A stretch of 63,946 nucleotides of DNA, filler included, from Lenisia limosa (Eukaryota; Protista; Breviatea): NCBI GenBank assembly GCA_001655205.1. It is 10 parts of 10 records of this genome, joined end to end, with 100 filler letters (N's around TTAATTAATTAA, not from the genome) between each part and the next. Parts side by side here need not be neighbours in the genome. Positions count along the whole stretch, not along the records: positions 1 to 16,092 come from LPNZ01004926.1; 9 more parts are not named here. The stretch is one strand, 5' to 3'. The notes under the pieces were generated by a model. That model was not told the DNA's origin. It saw only the letters and a program-made list of their open reading frames with translations, and ran no database searches. This document shows positions 1-12,000 of this stretch, in pieces. The translations under genes were made by a program, and so were the position numbers. How positions within the stretch are numbered: position 1 is the first letter of the stretch; every line of letters begins with the position of its first letter.

Positions 1-757
1 GATAGGGGAAACAGCATATAACAGCACAGCAGATGCCCAAGATTAAAGTCGCGAAAGACCATCCGGAAAATTCCATAGTGAATTGAATTTCAAGGTGAGT
101 TGAAAAGAGATCGGGTGACACTTTCGAACCATTGCTTAAACAACGCTATGATCGCATTTTTCTGCCACTAAGCATCATGTTAAACGCGTGAAGGGGCAGA
201 AGGGCGAGAGAGAGAGGAATGTTGAAATCAGCACAAAGGTGAAGTGAGGTTAGACATGAAACAACCTGTTTTCACCCCGCGCTGTAATTAAATCACATTT
301 ACTGTAAAATCAAGGTGATCAATAAGCAATAGGCAGTTCATTAGTAATTAAACTAGGTTGAGTTAAAAAATAAAATGAATCTGGAAACCGGTAATTTCAC
401 CAATTAATGGTCCTTAACAAGCCTTAAACAGCCATATGTTTCGATAATGCAGGTATTTCAACCATAAATCACCAACCTTGCGGAAGAGGTTGGTTCATCA
501 TCTCCCAAAGAAGGGCACGCTCCTCGTCACAAACGCATGCGAGCTCAGTAAGGGACAGAGCTGAGCCTGATAAGTCAATATATCGTAGGATAAATTGAGT
601 GAACATACCCCTCTTCTTTAAATATGATTCCACGACGCCAGCAGGGTAACCTGAAGGAGATGGTCCTCCAATCTGAAGTTAACTGTCAGTGGCGAAGCTT
701 TAAAAACCAACATACCGAAACCGGAAGACCCGAGGGGGATGTTGAAGGGAGATCCAT
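1..757 (-). CDS. Partial multi-exon gene, unidentified; hydrophobic segment near the window edge
   Basis: GT-AG bounded exons splice in frame to MDLPSTSPSGLPVS|IGGPSPSGYPAGVVESYLKKR|GSALSLTELACVCDEERALLWEMMNQPLPQ. A further open segment reads WSFATLILGICCAVICCFPY. Runs off the window. Confidence 0.4.
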
Positions 758-1392
758 CTGTAATTAAGCTAGTTTAGGCCACAGCAAACGCTAGCAAGAT
801 GAAAACAATAAAGGGAAGGTTCAAAAATGAAACAGTGGTTCCGCAGTACTCGAGTTCTTTTACGTTTAGAAACGGGTTGCAAAGCCGAAGATTCTCAAAT
901 AAAAGCAGTTTCAACTCCAAAAATCAATTAAATTAAACCTCGGCGGCGGAGAAAAACACTGGGAAGTCCCATATACCAATATTGTACCTACCAGCTGACA
1001 AATAAGGTCCCTTCAAACCTGTGAATATTGATACTATTGTAGCCAGCAAAAGTAAAATGCCCGCTATAGCGCATCATTATCCTTCCGGGAGCCTAAAACG
1101 GCTACAACCGAGGCACCTAGAAGCCTGATCCTGCTTTTGTGCTATATATTTAAGAGATCATAAGTGGTGATATCATATCAAAGACTTGTATACGAGTTTA
1201 CATTTCTAGAGGCAAAAAATGTGTTTATACTCTACATCTCGCGTCGACGTGTCGCCTAATTTGTTCCTGAAACCCATTATTTTTCTTCTGTTCTGGTGTT
1301 TTAATTTGGAAAAGATAAATATAGTATTCATAGATTGCATTAATTGAAGTAAACTCCATAATATCACTCGTATATTTGAATAATGATGTAAA

Positions 1393-4300
1393 ATGTCACA
1401 CTTATCTCTCCTCCTGCTCCTGCTGATCTCATTATGTACTGCTATTGATCAGTATGAGTACAAAATACTATTTGGAGAAGATGTTAGCCGACTTGCTCTT
1501 TTTGGTTTTGACCACCAGTTGAATGTAAGGGATGGGGTGTTTGTTCATCACCAAAAAGCAAAAATAACCCTTAAATGTAAGTATTATCTTGTTTTTGGTT
1601 TCTTTTTTTTTTGGTTTGAACTTTTGAAAATTCTCAATTATTTGCAAAGCACTGGAGGTGGGTTTTTCCTCCTGATCTGGCCTGTACAGGTTACTAACAT
1701 GTTTACCTTGAATGAAGACAGAGACTGGGGTTGTCTGTCTTTTAGAGATACTGTTGTTTAAACTTATTAGAGTTCTGGCTTTACCTTTTCGTTTTGAGTA
1801 TTCATCACCCTTATTTTGCCGCTTTAGATTGACAGACCACTTCCCTCTGCGTCTTCCACCACCGCGTTTCTCTCTAGTAATGAGGCTGCTCTTTTGGTAA
1901 GAACGCTGTGTTGATGTTTTTGTGTGTTGGTAATATTGGAAAAAGGTAGCGGTACCTTTATTTCATTGGTATATTATCGTTGGTGTCAATTCGCTACGAG
2001 CGTTTTGTGTCAGCATATAAAGTTATAAACATGATGGTGGTGGTGCCGGCTTAGACCAGATATATTATTTATCACTTCTCATTCCTACCTTTTAAGTAAA
2101 CCTAATGCACCTTCCAAGCCTAATCGTTATAGAAGGCCAATGGCTTCGATGTTGAACCGGTGCCACGCCAACGAGATGTCCGTGTAGACTCGGGTGAGCT
2201 TTGTAATACTGTTAGTTTTTCTTGGATTCTTGAAGTCATATTTTTCTACCCAAAAAGACGCAATCAAAACGATTACTAACAGGTTTTTTTTGAATAATCC
2301 AGTCTTTGAGAAAACCTAAGAAACTCTTTTAACAATAACCATATCATATGCTCTTATGAAATCAGAGTACCACACTGAACAAGAGTTGGTTGACCTCCTT
2401 GCGGATGTGGCTTCAAGAGTGTCAGCTATCACTCGCGTATCGTCAATTGGTGGGTGCTTGTGCGAAAATATGTGCCCTTATTGAATACTCTCTGATAACA
2501 CAAGTTGTCCTTTTTCGCGAAATATGTAATTGGTACTTACCTTCTCAGGCAAGTCAACAGCAGGAGTAGATACTCCTGTTATCGAGTTCTCCTCAAAACC
2601 GGGGGAAGATCTTCAGGTTGGTTGAAGGTACATAGCTGTGTAATGTGTGGAAAACTTCGTTCAGTTACTTTTTTATATTCTCATTTTTATATAAAGCTAT
2701 GGATATATAATCTGGAGAGTGTCTTTTTAGGTAGTAATTCTAATTATGCTAGATCTATGGAATACACACTTCGAATGGATAAACAAAATGTGTCCTCTTT
2801 ATTTCATACCCCAGGTACCAATGTTCGTGTACTTTGCAAACATCCACGGAGATGAAGTGGGAAGGAGTGGTTCATTGTTTTTGTTGTTTACAGAAGTAAT
2901 GTATAAAAAAATAGATGAGGATTGGTTTGATAGATTTTTTGAACCAGCAAATTAATTGTCCCGTGTAAACCTCCAATTTTTGACTTATCTCACCCCCAGG
3001 TTGTCGGACGCGAAATGCTCATCAACTTCATCAACTATCTTGCTGACCAGTATCTTGCAAACAACGCAACTATTGTCAGTATGTGGGGAGACGTGCATAA
3101 ACCATGTTTAGATATATTGGGCTTTTTCCTTGTTCGTATACATTAGGTTCTGCTGATGTAAGTTCCCGTATCACAATGTAGACCTGATTGAAACAACCAA
3201 GATTGTCATTGTACCGACAATCAACCCAGATGGTAGGCCTGGTGACGTGTTCATTTCTCTAAAACCAATCTTTAGGGTACAATTTGAGACAACGAGGCAA
3301 CAAGAAGGGTGTAGATCTTAATCGAAACTTCCCGGATCATTTCCTCAAGCCTGGCGATAACAGCATGGAGTGGGTGTTCCAATATTTGATTTGTGCTCTT
3401 TACAGGCTATTTATTGAGTATTGACCCAATAGTGGACGACAAGCCGAAGTAAAGAACATTATGATGTGGTATCCTACGTTGAGAAACCCGGTTCTTTCTG
3501 CAAACCTTCATGGTTGGTTATAACCATATTGCTGTAAGATTTTCTTGAATGTGAAATTACCCGAATTTATACTTTTTTATCAAGTCAACCCGGACAGGGG
3601 GTGCGGTATGTGCTTCGTACCCATGGGACGGCAGATCTGATGGCAGAAGCTGGTCCAAATACTCTGGGGTGGGAAGTGGAAGAAACACTTCCAGTTCGTG
3701 TTTGATTTAAGGTTTTTTACAAGGAGATCACATCTACGCCGTATTTACCTGCATCTTCTAGACTCCAGATGACGCCATTTACCGTCAACTGGCGCACGTG
3801 TACGCAAACGCCCATCTTAAAATGCATAAATCCAAGGAGTTTACCGATGGTATCACAAACGGCTCGGAGTGGTACCCCCTTTATGGTAAATACGATCTTC
3901 AATTATTTTTGTTTATAATCTTAGGTGGCCTTCAAGATTGGACTTACGTTCATCATAGTACCCTTCACATCACGTATGAGCTCAGCAACACTAAGGACCC
4001 TAGGGGTGAGCAATTGTGTTTTGGATAAATTATGAAAACCTCTCACTCTCAAGTGATACTATCGACACTCTCCAATCTCATATGACCTTTAGGATCCACG
4101 CTTGCTGGTTTCTGGGAAGATAACAAAAATGCTCTTTTTGAGTATCTACGCCAGGTTTGTTGCCGTGTCCAAATTCAGTATAAGTTGCCTAATGTCGTTA
4201 ATTCATATTAGCATATTGAGAAACACTGTCGTTTTTTTTTCCACGAGTTTACTGCTGTTGAATTTTTCATATTTGTACCTGTTTTTTTGCCTATTATTCT

Positions 4301-6000
4301 CTCTCTTCACACACTAGGTGCATATTGGAGTGAGAGGAGTTGTGAAAGATAGCAGTGACGTCCCCGTTGAAGCAACTGTAGCTGTAAATGAGTGAGCGTA
4401 TGGTCTAAAATTTCACTCGTTAATCTGTATTTAATACTGACATACCCCTCTCACCCGTAACCCTTTAGTAATTCAAAGGACGTGAAATCCATTCTGCCAT
4501 TTGGGGACTACTACCGAATGCTTCTTCCAGGAACTTACAACGTAACTTTCACGTAAGCAATGTTCATGAAAGTTTTAAAAACTTGTAGATATTTGCATCT
4601 CTAATCTCAATATAGGGCAAGTGGATTTGTCACCAAAACTGTTGAAGTTAAGGTTTGCGATTTGTCCAGAAACATCCTTAACATTTGAAAGACTATCCCA
4701 GTTTCAGGCATAGTTTACACAGTATCGTACCTTATCATATTGGGCATAAACCTTTGCTACAATGTCAAAACTCTTAAAGATTCAATCCCAAAAGCTCTTT
4801 GGACCAAGATCTCTTTTATGAGGAAAATGGAAACTGGGAGAAAAAACGGATTCATATTTATTTAGGTGTGCAAGTCGCCACAATTCACCACAGTCGACGT
4901 TGTACTGTGGAAGGACGGAGAAACGCCAAGTGAACCATCATCTTCTTCAGAGCCTATCAAACCAAGTAGTACTGGTATGAGATGGAGAGGCTAACAGTTA
5001 GACCTTTCGCCATTGATTTCCTCCAGTTGTGTAATACAAACCTTCACGCCTTTCCAATTTCCTTTTTCAAAAATGATTACTTTAGAAGAACCCACACCCC
5101 CCTCATCAGACTCTTCACAAGAACCCATTCCACCCCCAGCCTCCACATGTCAGCTTTTGATCTTACTAAATGAAATTATGTTAAATGTAACCTATTTTCT
5201 GGGAACAAGAATAATATCATTGTGTGATACACTAATACACAATAAAATCTTAGGAAATAAAAAAATAGGGATTTTAGCTCTGTTAACTGAGGTTTTGAGT
5301 ATTGGAAAGATAATTTCGATTTTACCTTTATTTCTTTCATCCTTTTGTTGTCAGTGTTGACCTCTTAGCTGCCACTCCAATCGAATCCTCCACAGTAGTC
5401 CCCGAAACGTGCGACGAAACTGATGAGCCAGTGGAAGAGGCTTCAAACCTTCCAAGATGTGTGCATGGAAAACCAAAGTCATTTTACTTCAGCATGTGAT
5501 TATACTGATTTTTTAGACATTGCTCTGTTAGGAGCTGGTGTTGGACTTGTTGGAGTTGGGCTTATTGTATTTAAAAAGAGGAAACAGCCCGTCAACCGAA
5601 GGTATGACATTTATCTGAAATCTTGGTTTTTACAGTTACTTTGCCATTATCAGTATTTGGAAATCCTCATTTTGCAGGTCATATGGCGTAGCTCTACATG
5701 ATGACGGCTTTGACGCAGGAATGTGAGAGCGTAGTTATTTATTTTGTCTACTCTTCCGGGAATTCACGATATCAAATTATCAATACTGATGTAACCTAGA
5801 TAAACACTCCATCGTATCTGACAAGTGACTAGTTACTATATTACTGATCTGTTCGTTTCAAGAAGCACAAGGACTTACCTTATAGGGACATTGATGATGA
5901 GGAGCAGCCAACTCTCCCAGAAGACGGTGATGAGGTTAGTTTAGAGCTTGAATCAAATTTCGGGGAACAAAAGAAATATTACTGGCCATCACTGAAATGA
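1393..6000 (+). CDS. Zinc metallocarboxypeptidase, M14B (carboxypeptidase D/E/M-like); signal peptide, transthyretin-like domain, Ser/Pro-rich stalk, TM helix and cytosolic tail; many exons
   Basis: Spliced motifs: YFANIHGDE|VVGREML (HxxE, ~2830-3020), VPTINPDG, GVDLNRNFPD (~3310-3340), SANLHG, SYPWD, GITNGSEWYPLYG|GLQDW, ITYELS (catalytic Glu), GVRGVVKD, GDYYRMLLPGTY. TM segment IALLGAGVGLVGVGLIVFKKRK. Stop TGA at 5998-6000. Confidence 0.9.
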
Positions 6001-6066
6001 CTTCCTGTCTATTAATATGACTGATATTTGTGTAGCAAGAAGTGTCATTGGCTCCCGATATCAGCC

Positions 6067-7120
6067 CTATGGAGCCCCAGGTACCAGAAAGTAAATTAAC
6101 CCATTTTTATCAAACCCTGACTTTGTAGCACCAGCAAAAACAGGCATGATTCCTGGGGTGTACAGCGATTCTGACAATGAAATTAATGTCAGTTTCTGAT
6201 CCAAGTTTCTTTTGTTATAATGATACATGTGAATTAACATGTCCAATGAAGCTGTGGAATTATTGAACATCAATTCATAATAATATAAAACCCAGTAAAA
6301 ATACACAATGCAGATACCAGCCAGTGCAACCTTCTTCCAATAACAGAACCTGGAACATGAACAGGGTAATACACACAGTCCAACCTTTGTAGAGAACTCC
6401 CAATGGGCCCTTATTATTTGCCTTCATAGCCTTATGTAACCTGATGGAAGTTATGAGTAATTTTAGCAAGAGAGATTGGCATAGTTGCAGAAGGTGAATA
6501 CAATCGGTGTTTGTTGTACTCGTCATAATACCCTAATGTAGAAGGCAGCGTGTATAATTGTGGATGTATAAGTTGTACGGTAAGGGAATATGAACTGCAA
6601 TGCTCCAATAAAAGCCAAGCACTCACAAGAAATTCACGAACAAATAACATACAAGGTGGAGGAGTGAGAGGGTTCTCAGAGCGACAAAAAGAGAATATGA
6701 AAAAAATCCTTTCATGACCGCTTTATTTTTTGTACCACTGCTCCACCACAATCCTGCTGAAACGCTGTAGATGTCATATACCCTTTCTCTGTAGAACCAC
6801 GGCATCCACTAAACCCTACCGTGGCAGTCGGCTCGCATAACGACAGGTACAGATGGTCAACAAGAGGACAATAAACAGTCCTTGGACCGAGTATACTACA
6901 TCAGGATGAGAACCTGATTCTTGCTATGAAAACAAAATAAAATTAATGCTGTGCACACATACTGTTTGTCATTAGGAACAAGCCTTGTCTGTTCTGCGCA
7001 ATAATAAAGCTTAGATCCTCAGGTCTTCACCCATTCGCTTAATGTTGAGTGTCTGATAACGGTATAACGGTTGGAGGGAAACAATAAACCAAGATGGAGA
7101 ATTACGAGAAGAAGGAGGAA
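6067..7120 (-). CDS. Multi-exon, probably multi-pass membrane protein, unidentified
   Basis: Several GT-AG bounded hydrophobic exons (VQGLFIVLLLTICTC; GFFSYSLFVALRTLSLLHL; FIFPYRTTYTSTIIHAAFYIR; GWTVCITLFMFQVLLLEEGC). Start and stop are uncertain. Confidence 0.4.
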
Positions 7121-7403
7121 TTTCAGTGGTAATTATCAAGAGAATGTGTAGTTCTGTAGTTCTTTCGAAAATATAATCGATTAACAGTTAGAAGACTCAA
7201 AGGCTGAAAGGGTCGTGTATTCAAAATTTCTTTCTTTTTGCATTAACTACGGCGGCGAGAAACACTTCTCGGGATTTCAAAATTATCATGATATAAAACA
7301 TATCAGTTTATATGTGATGAGAAATTAACTGGTATGGTAATGAATTTAGGAGTATGTAAATGTGGCATTTATTCATTTTGTATTTCACTGATTGCCGATT
7401 AGC

Positions 7404-8628
7404 ATGAAGGCCCCTGTTATCCTAATTGTAAGCTCAGTTATAACTATTTACAAATAATCAAAGGTTATTTACACAAAGTATGTCATTCACTTTTTTATTT
7501 CGCTCCTTTCTCACCCAATGTAGGTCTTTCTCTTCTTCTTCTTCCTTGTTAAAGGTATATTTAAGAATTTGAGTGCAATATAGGAATCTACCTGCAGTGA
7601 TCTCACGATTTACAGGCCTTGTTGCTTTTTCGATCACTGATGACCTGCTGTGCCTGGATGTGGCGCTGGAATGGACAAAAGTCAATTTCAACGGCAATCT
7701 AATAACCAGGCATTCAGCTACAGTGGTGGACTATGACGGTCCCATCCTAGACTGGTACAGCTATGGTTACCCAAACCCGCTTGGAGCAAATACTGGTTTG
7801 TTGGGCTGTAACATTGCCTCCATTTGTGCCCAAAAGAGGCTTCAGCAGGAGCACTATTATTATGATTATATTGGCCGAGTGTTTTTAGGGTTTATTTGAC
7901 ATGAGTTTGTCAAAGCTTCAGCTATTCACCCGCCCGATCGGCGCAGAGCCCATTAGTGATGAATATGTTGACTTTTTAGGGCTTGAGGAGACCGGGCTTG
8001 TGACAATCGGTGCCGTCTGTGCCTCTGACGGATGCTACCTTGTCTTCATCGTCGATGCTTCAAATAACAACAACTTTGGTGACGTTGCAATTTCACTGCA
8101 GACACAAGGCACCCAGAGAGCTGCAATCGTTTTACGTTAGCTAGGGTAATGCTTGGAAATTTCCCCAAATTTTCAGATTGGACCATTTACAAATACGATA
8201 CTTCTTTAATTGTACTGGTATTTTGTGAACCAGTGAAATCTTGGTAACCCCATTAGAAGATGACGCAGGTGACACCTGCCCCCCTTCTACTTCCCTTGAT
8301 GATTGTTACGATTTCGACAATGAGACAGGCGAAGGGTAGGAGGCATCAATATCGCGGGTCTAGTTTCTTATGAAAGATATCGTATGTCTTTGGCAACAAT
8401 TGTACTGAAATCACTTTTCAAGCCGTGTTGGCTAAAATTTATCAATTTTCAGGTATCTTCAATGGCATATTTCACCCTGTTGTGCCGATGGAGTCATTTT
8501 GGGTCCACTCGATATGACAACTTTCAATGCCACTATAATGGTCTCTGATGTGTCAAAAATGGACTATGTAAGTGGCTCTTCTTTGTGAGCAAGGAGATAC
8601 ACTAAATACATTCTAGTGGTACATATAA
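7404..8628 (+). CDS. Secreted protein of unknown function (possibly the 5' part of the downstream adhesin gene)
   Basis: Spliced signal peptide MKAPVILI|VFLFFFFLVK. Later exons include FGDVAISLQ and DDCYDFDNETGE|GYLQWHISPCCADGVILGPL. A phase-0 last exon gives WYI-TAA at 8626-8628. Confidence 0.6.
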
Positions 8629-9049
8629 ATGCAAGGGATTTCCACCATCATTATACTATATACTCTTAACCTGTAGCATATTAGGCGTTCCTTTTCATTT
8701 TTGAAGCATTTTTGCATTTGAGAATCATTGTATCATACTACATCGGCTAACATATCGATAAATTATCTACTACTAGTAGTATTTTATAATCATATAACTA
8801 TATCATATGTAGACTTACAAATATAAATAGGTAAATAGTTTTTAACAATAAGGCATAGAATAGGTTTTTAGTTCGGTCCAACACCCCCCCCCCCCNNNNN
8901 NNNNNNNNNNNNNNNNNNNNNNNNNNNNNNNNNNNNNNNNNNNNNNNNNNNNNNNNNNNNNNNNNNNNNNNNNNNNNNNNNNNNNNNNNNNNNNNNNNNN
9001 NNNNNNNNNNNNNNNNNNNNNNNNNNNNNNNNNNNNNNNNNAACTGCAG

Positions 9050-12000
9050 GCGTGCGTCCTTGCCACGAGCTTTGTTCAGCCACAAACTGCCGTGAATGCA
9101 ATAATGTCGACGTCTGCGGCTGGTGCTCTGATCACAATGGTGAGGGTATATACTGCTCTATGTGCTCTAAAATAGATTAAAACGGAAGAGTCATTGTGAC
9201 TCGGTAAGTAGAGCTTTTTCAATATAGTATATACTATATGTATATATAGTAGTAATAAAAAAAATCAGATGAATTAATGGATATTTACATAGTATTATTT
9301 CTCATCTCTATACTACTTAGTATATTAATATGTATACAATCAATGTAGGAGCTTTTTTTATTGCTTCAGTTTAAGTTATCTATAAAATATCCACAATATT
9401 CCTTGATATGTTTCTTATTGTTGTTTGTTGCTATATAAAGAACTCATAATCTCTTTTTTTTTACTTTCAGGTGGTGGGCGTTGTTTGCCTCAAGTTATGG
9501 AGGATGAGAGTTGCCCTTCAGAGTACTTCAGTCATACTTCATGTTGGTATAGGTTTCATTCAACACAAGTTATTGTTGTATATGTGTTTCTGTAAACATA
9601 TCCTAGCACAAATCAATCAATATCAATGTCTGTACTACCATCAGGTACCCATATCTGGATCTGGATCTGACTTACAACCCGGGTCCGGTTAGGATTCTTG
9701 TGAGATCCGATAAAGTCCTAACAATTAAAATAAAAGTATCTAGATCTTTTGAAACCTGAGAGGATCCATTAGGCCTTAGTAAAATCTTCTTAGCCACAAA
9801 ATTTTTAGGATTGAATCCTGATCTAGATCAGCAAATCCTTGTCTTTATTTTATTTTTAAATTAAGGAAGCCAACGGCTTTGTTTTTATTCCAAACACATT
9901 TAATAGCCTTTATCTTCAATATCATCTGTGACTGTAAAGGTAACTCTCATTGTACCTATCACCGAGACGTTCAAACATGTGCCTATGATGAAGCGTGTGG
10001 CTGGTGTGATGTATGTGGGACAGTTTTGGATTGGATATGTGTCCGTGTCAACAAATGATATATTCCCCTATCACTACTTTGTTATTATCCACATTTCTTT
10101 GTTTCAGCACGATTTGATGTATTTTCTATTTTCTGCATGCTTAAACTCATTCCTTCCTCTGCAGAACTACTCTTGCCTGGGGCGAGATGTTCTTCAAATC
10201 TCAGACATCCCCTCTGTAACAGCTGAACACGGTCGTGTTTGTGACTCATTTGTGTATCGAAGCTGTTGGCGGGTCATCATTCACGTAATAATTTTCAAAT
10301 ATTTTATCCTTTTTAGTAATTTCTCATAATTCAGTACCCATGATTCCGGATCCCATTGATCTTTTCATTAACGAAGATGCCCCCCCCACAAAGTTCAATT
10401 TAACAGTAGTGGATAAGGACGGTATATATTCAGGGTCACACTATACCTGGACGTTCCAGCCTCCACTTCATAACTTCTTTGAACTCTCGGTAGCTTCAAA
10501 GATTGTGGCCGAAGAGAGGATTGTGGAAAATTTCGAACCTTTTTTGGAGATTGAAGTGTCTTCATCCGAGCCAGTTGTCGAGCTCCTCAATGTTAGTGTT
10601 AATGATGGAATTTCTTCAGCACCTTTCAGTGTTGCTATCACTGTTAAGGCAGTAAATGACCAGCCAACTGCTCAGAATGTGATAAAAGTCGTTGATTATA
10701 GTGTTCTTCTCCACCCAGTATATCTTCAAGGACATGATGATGACCATGATATCCTTTCGTTTTCTTTGGAGTCGCTTCCTGGCTGTGGTGAAGTTTACCA
10801 AGCCTCCGATTCAATCACACCACTTTCCAAATTCATTGCACCAGAACGTGTTAGTCACCCCCTTGGCCTTGTTTTGTTGGACCTTGGTACGTCATGTTTC
10901 AGCGCTGTATTCACATTTGTTGCCATTGACCCAAGCGGTGAAGTATCACCACCCGCTAGTGTCAATGTCACTAGACCAGCCCCTCTTGAACGGGCTGTTC
11001 TCCAAGCTTCACGACACAGAGTACTGCAGAATGTTGAGACGAATCTGAAGCTAAATATAACCAATTTCGGTTCAAACGACTATGTTTTGCGTGTGGCTTC
11101 ACTTCCAGAGTTTTCAACACTGTTCACTATCGACGAATCGTCAAAGTGCTTTATTGAACTTGCTGTTGATGATACTTTTGTTTTGGCCACCTGGTTTTCT
11201 GGCCTTTATATCAAGTCTCCTAATCCAGTTGGTGGAGTTTGGTTTTTTTTTTTTTTTTTTTTTNNNNNNNNNNNNNNNNNNNNNNNNNNNNNNNNNNNNN
11301 NNNNNNNNNNNNNNNNNNNNNNNNNNNNNNNNNNNNNNNNNNNNNNNNNNNNNNNNNNNAAGCTTATTAATACTCTAGGTTGGTACAGTTGACTCGTTTG
11401 ACATCATTCTTGTACAGGGGTCCTATACCAGGTGAAGGGGATAATGAATTCTTTATCAATCATATTATAAAACATGAAAAGTTCTTTCTTTGATATGTTG
11501 TGAATACACCCCCTCCCTAAACTGGTTTGTCAACAATTACCCTTTGCTTATACTCCATTCTAATTCAGGGCTTTTAATTTCTTCTGTGTTTTGAATAGCT
11601 TCTGATATATTGTGTGTTATGATTAGAAAGGCTTGCTTGACTACTTTTGATTATCTTAAAACATGACAAGTGTAGTACTGCGAGGATATCCGCCGTATCA
11701 CAGCAACCCCAAGAAACAGTAGCCCTTGGACCCGAACCTGAGTTAATAACTACGACCGTAAACCAGCCAACTCATATAAGCTTAGAAGGAGCTATCATTT
11801 CACCTTTTCCTATAACTTGGAGTCTGGAGCAGGCAGTTCATGGAAATATCTTTGAAAGCTTTGGGAATCTCATAACAAATGGAGTTCCATTCAATGTTGG
11901 TGACGTCATTCCTTCCGAGTTGATCTATGTATCTGCGCAAGAAAGCACAGAGGCAATTGTTGTGAACGGGTTGGACATTTACAATCGAGCTATGACCACC

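Noticed and set aside
6067-6650. Alkaline ceramidase-like assignment for the membrane protein
   Set aside because: The resemblance (FHQV, C-terminal GIMPV) falls partly in probable introns, and the conserved His motifs were not found.
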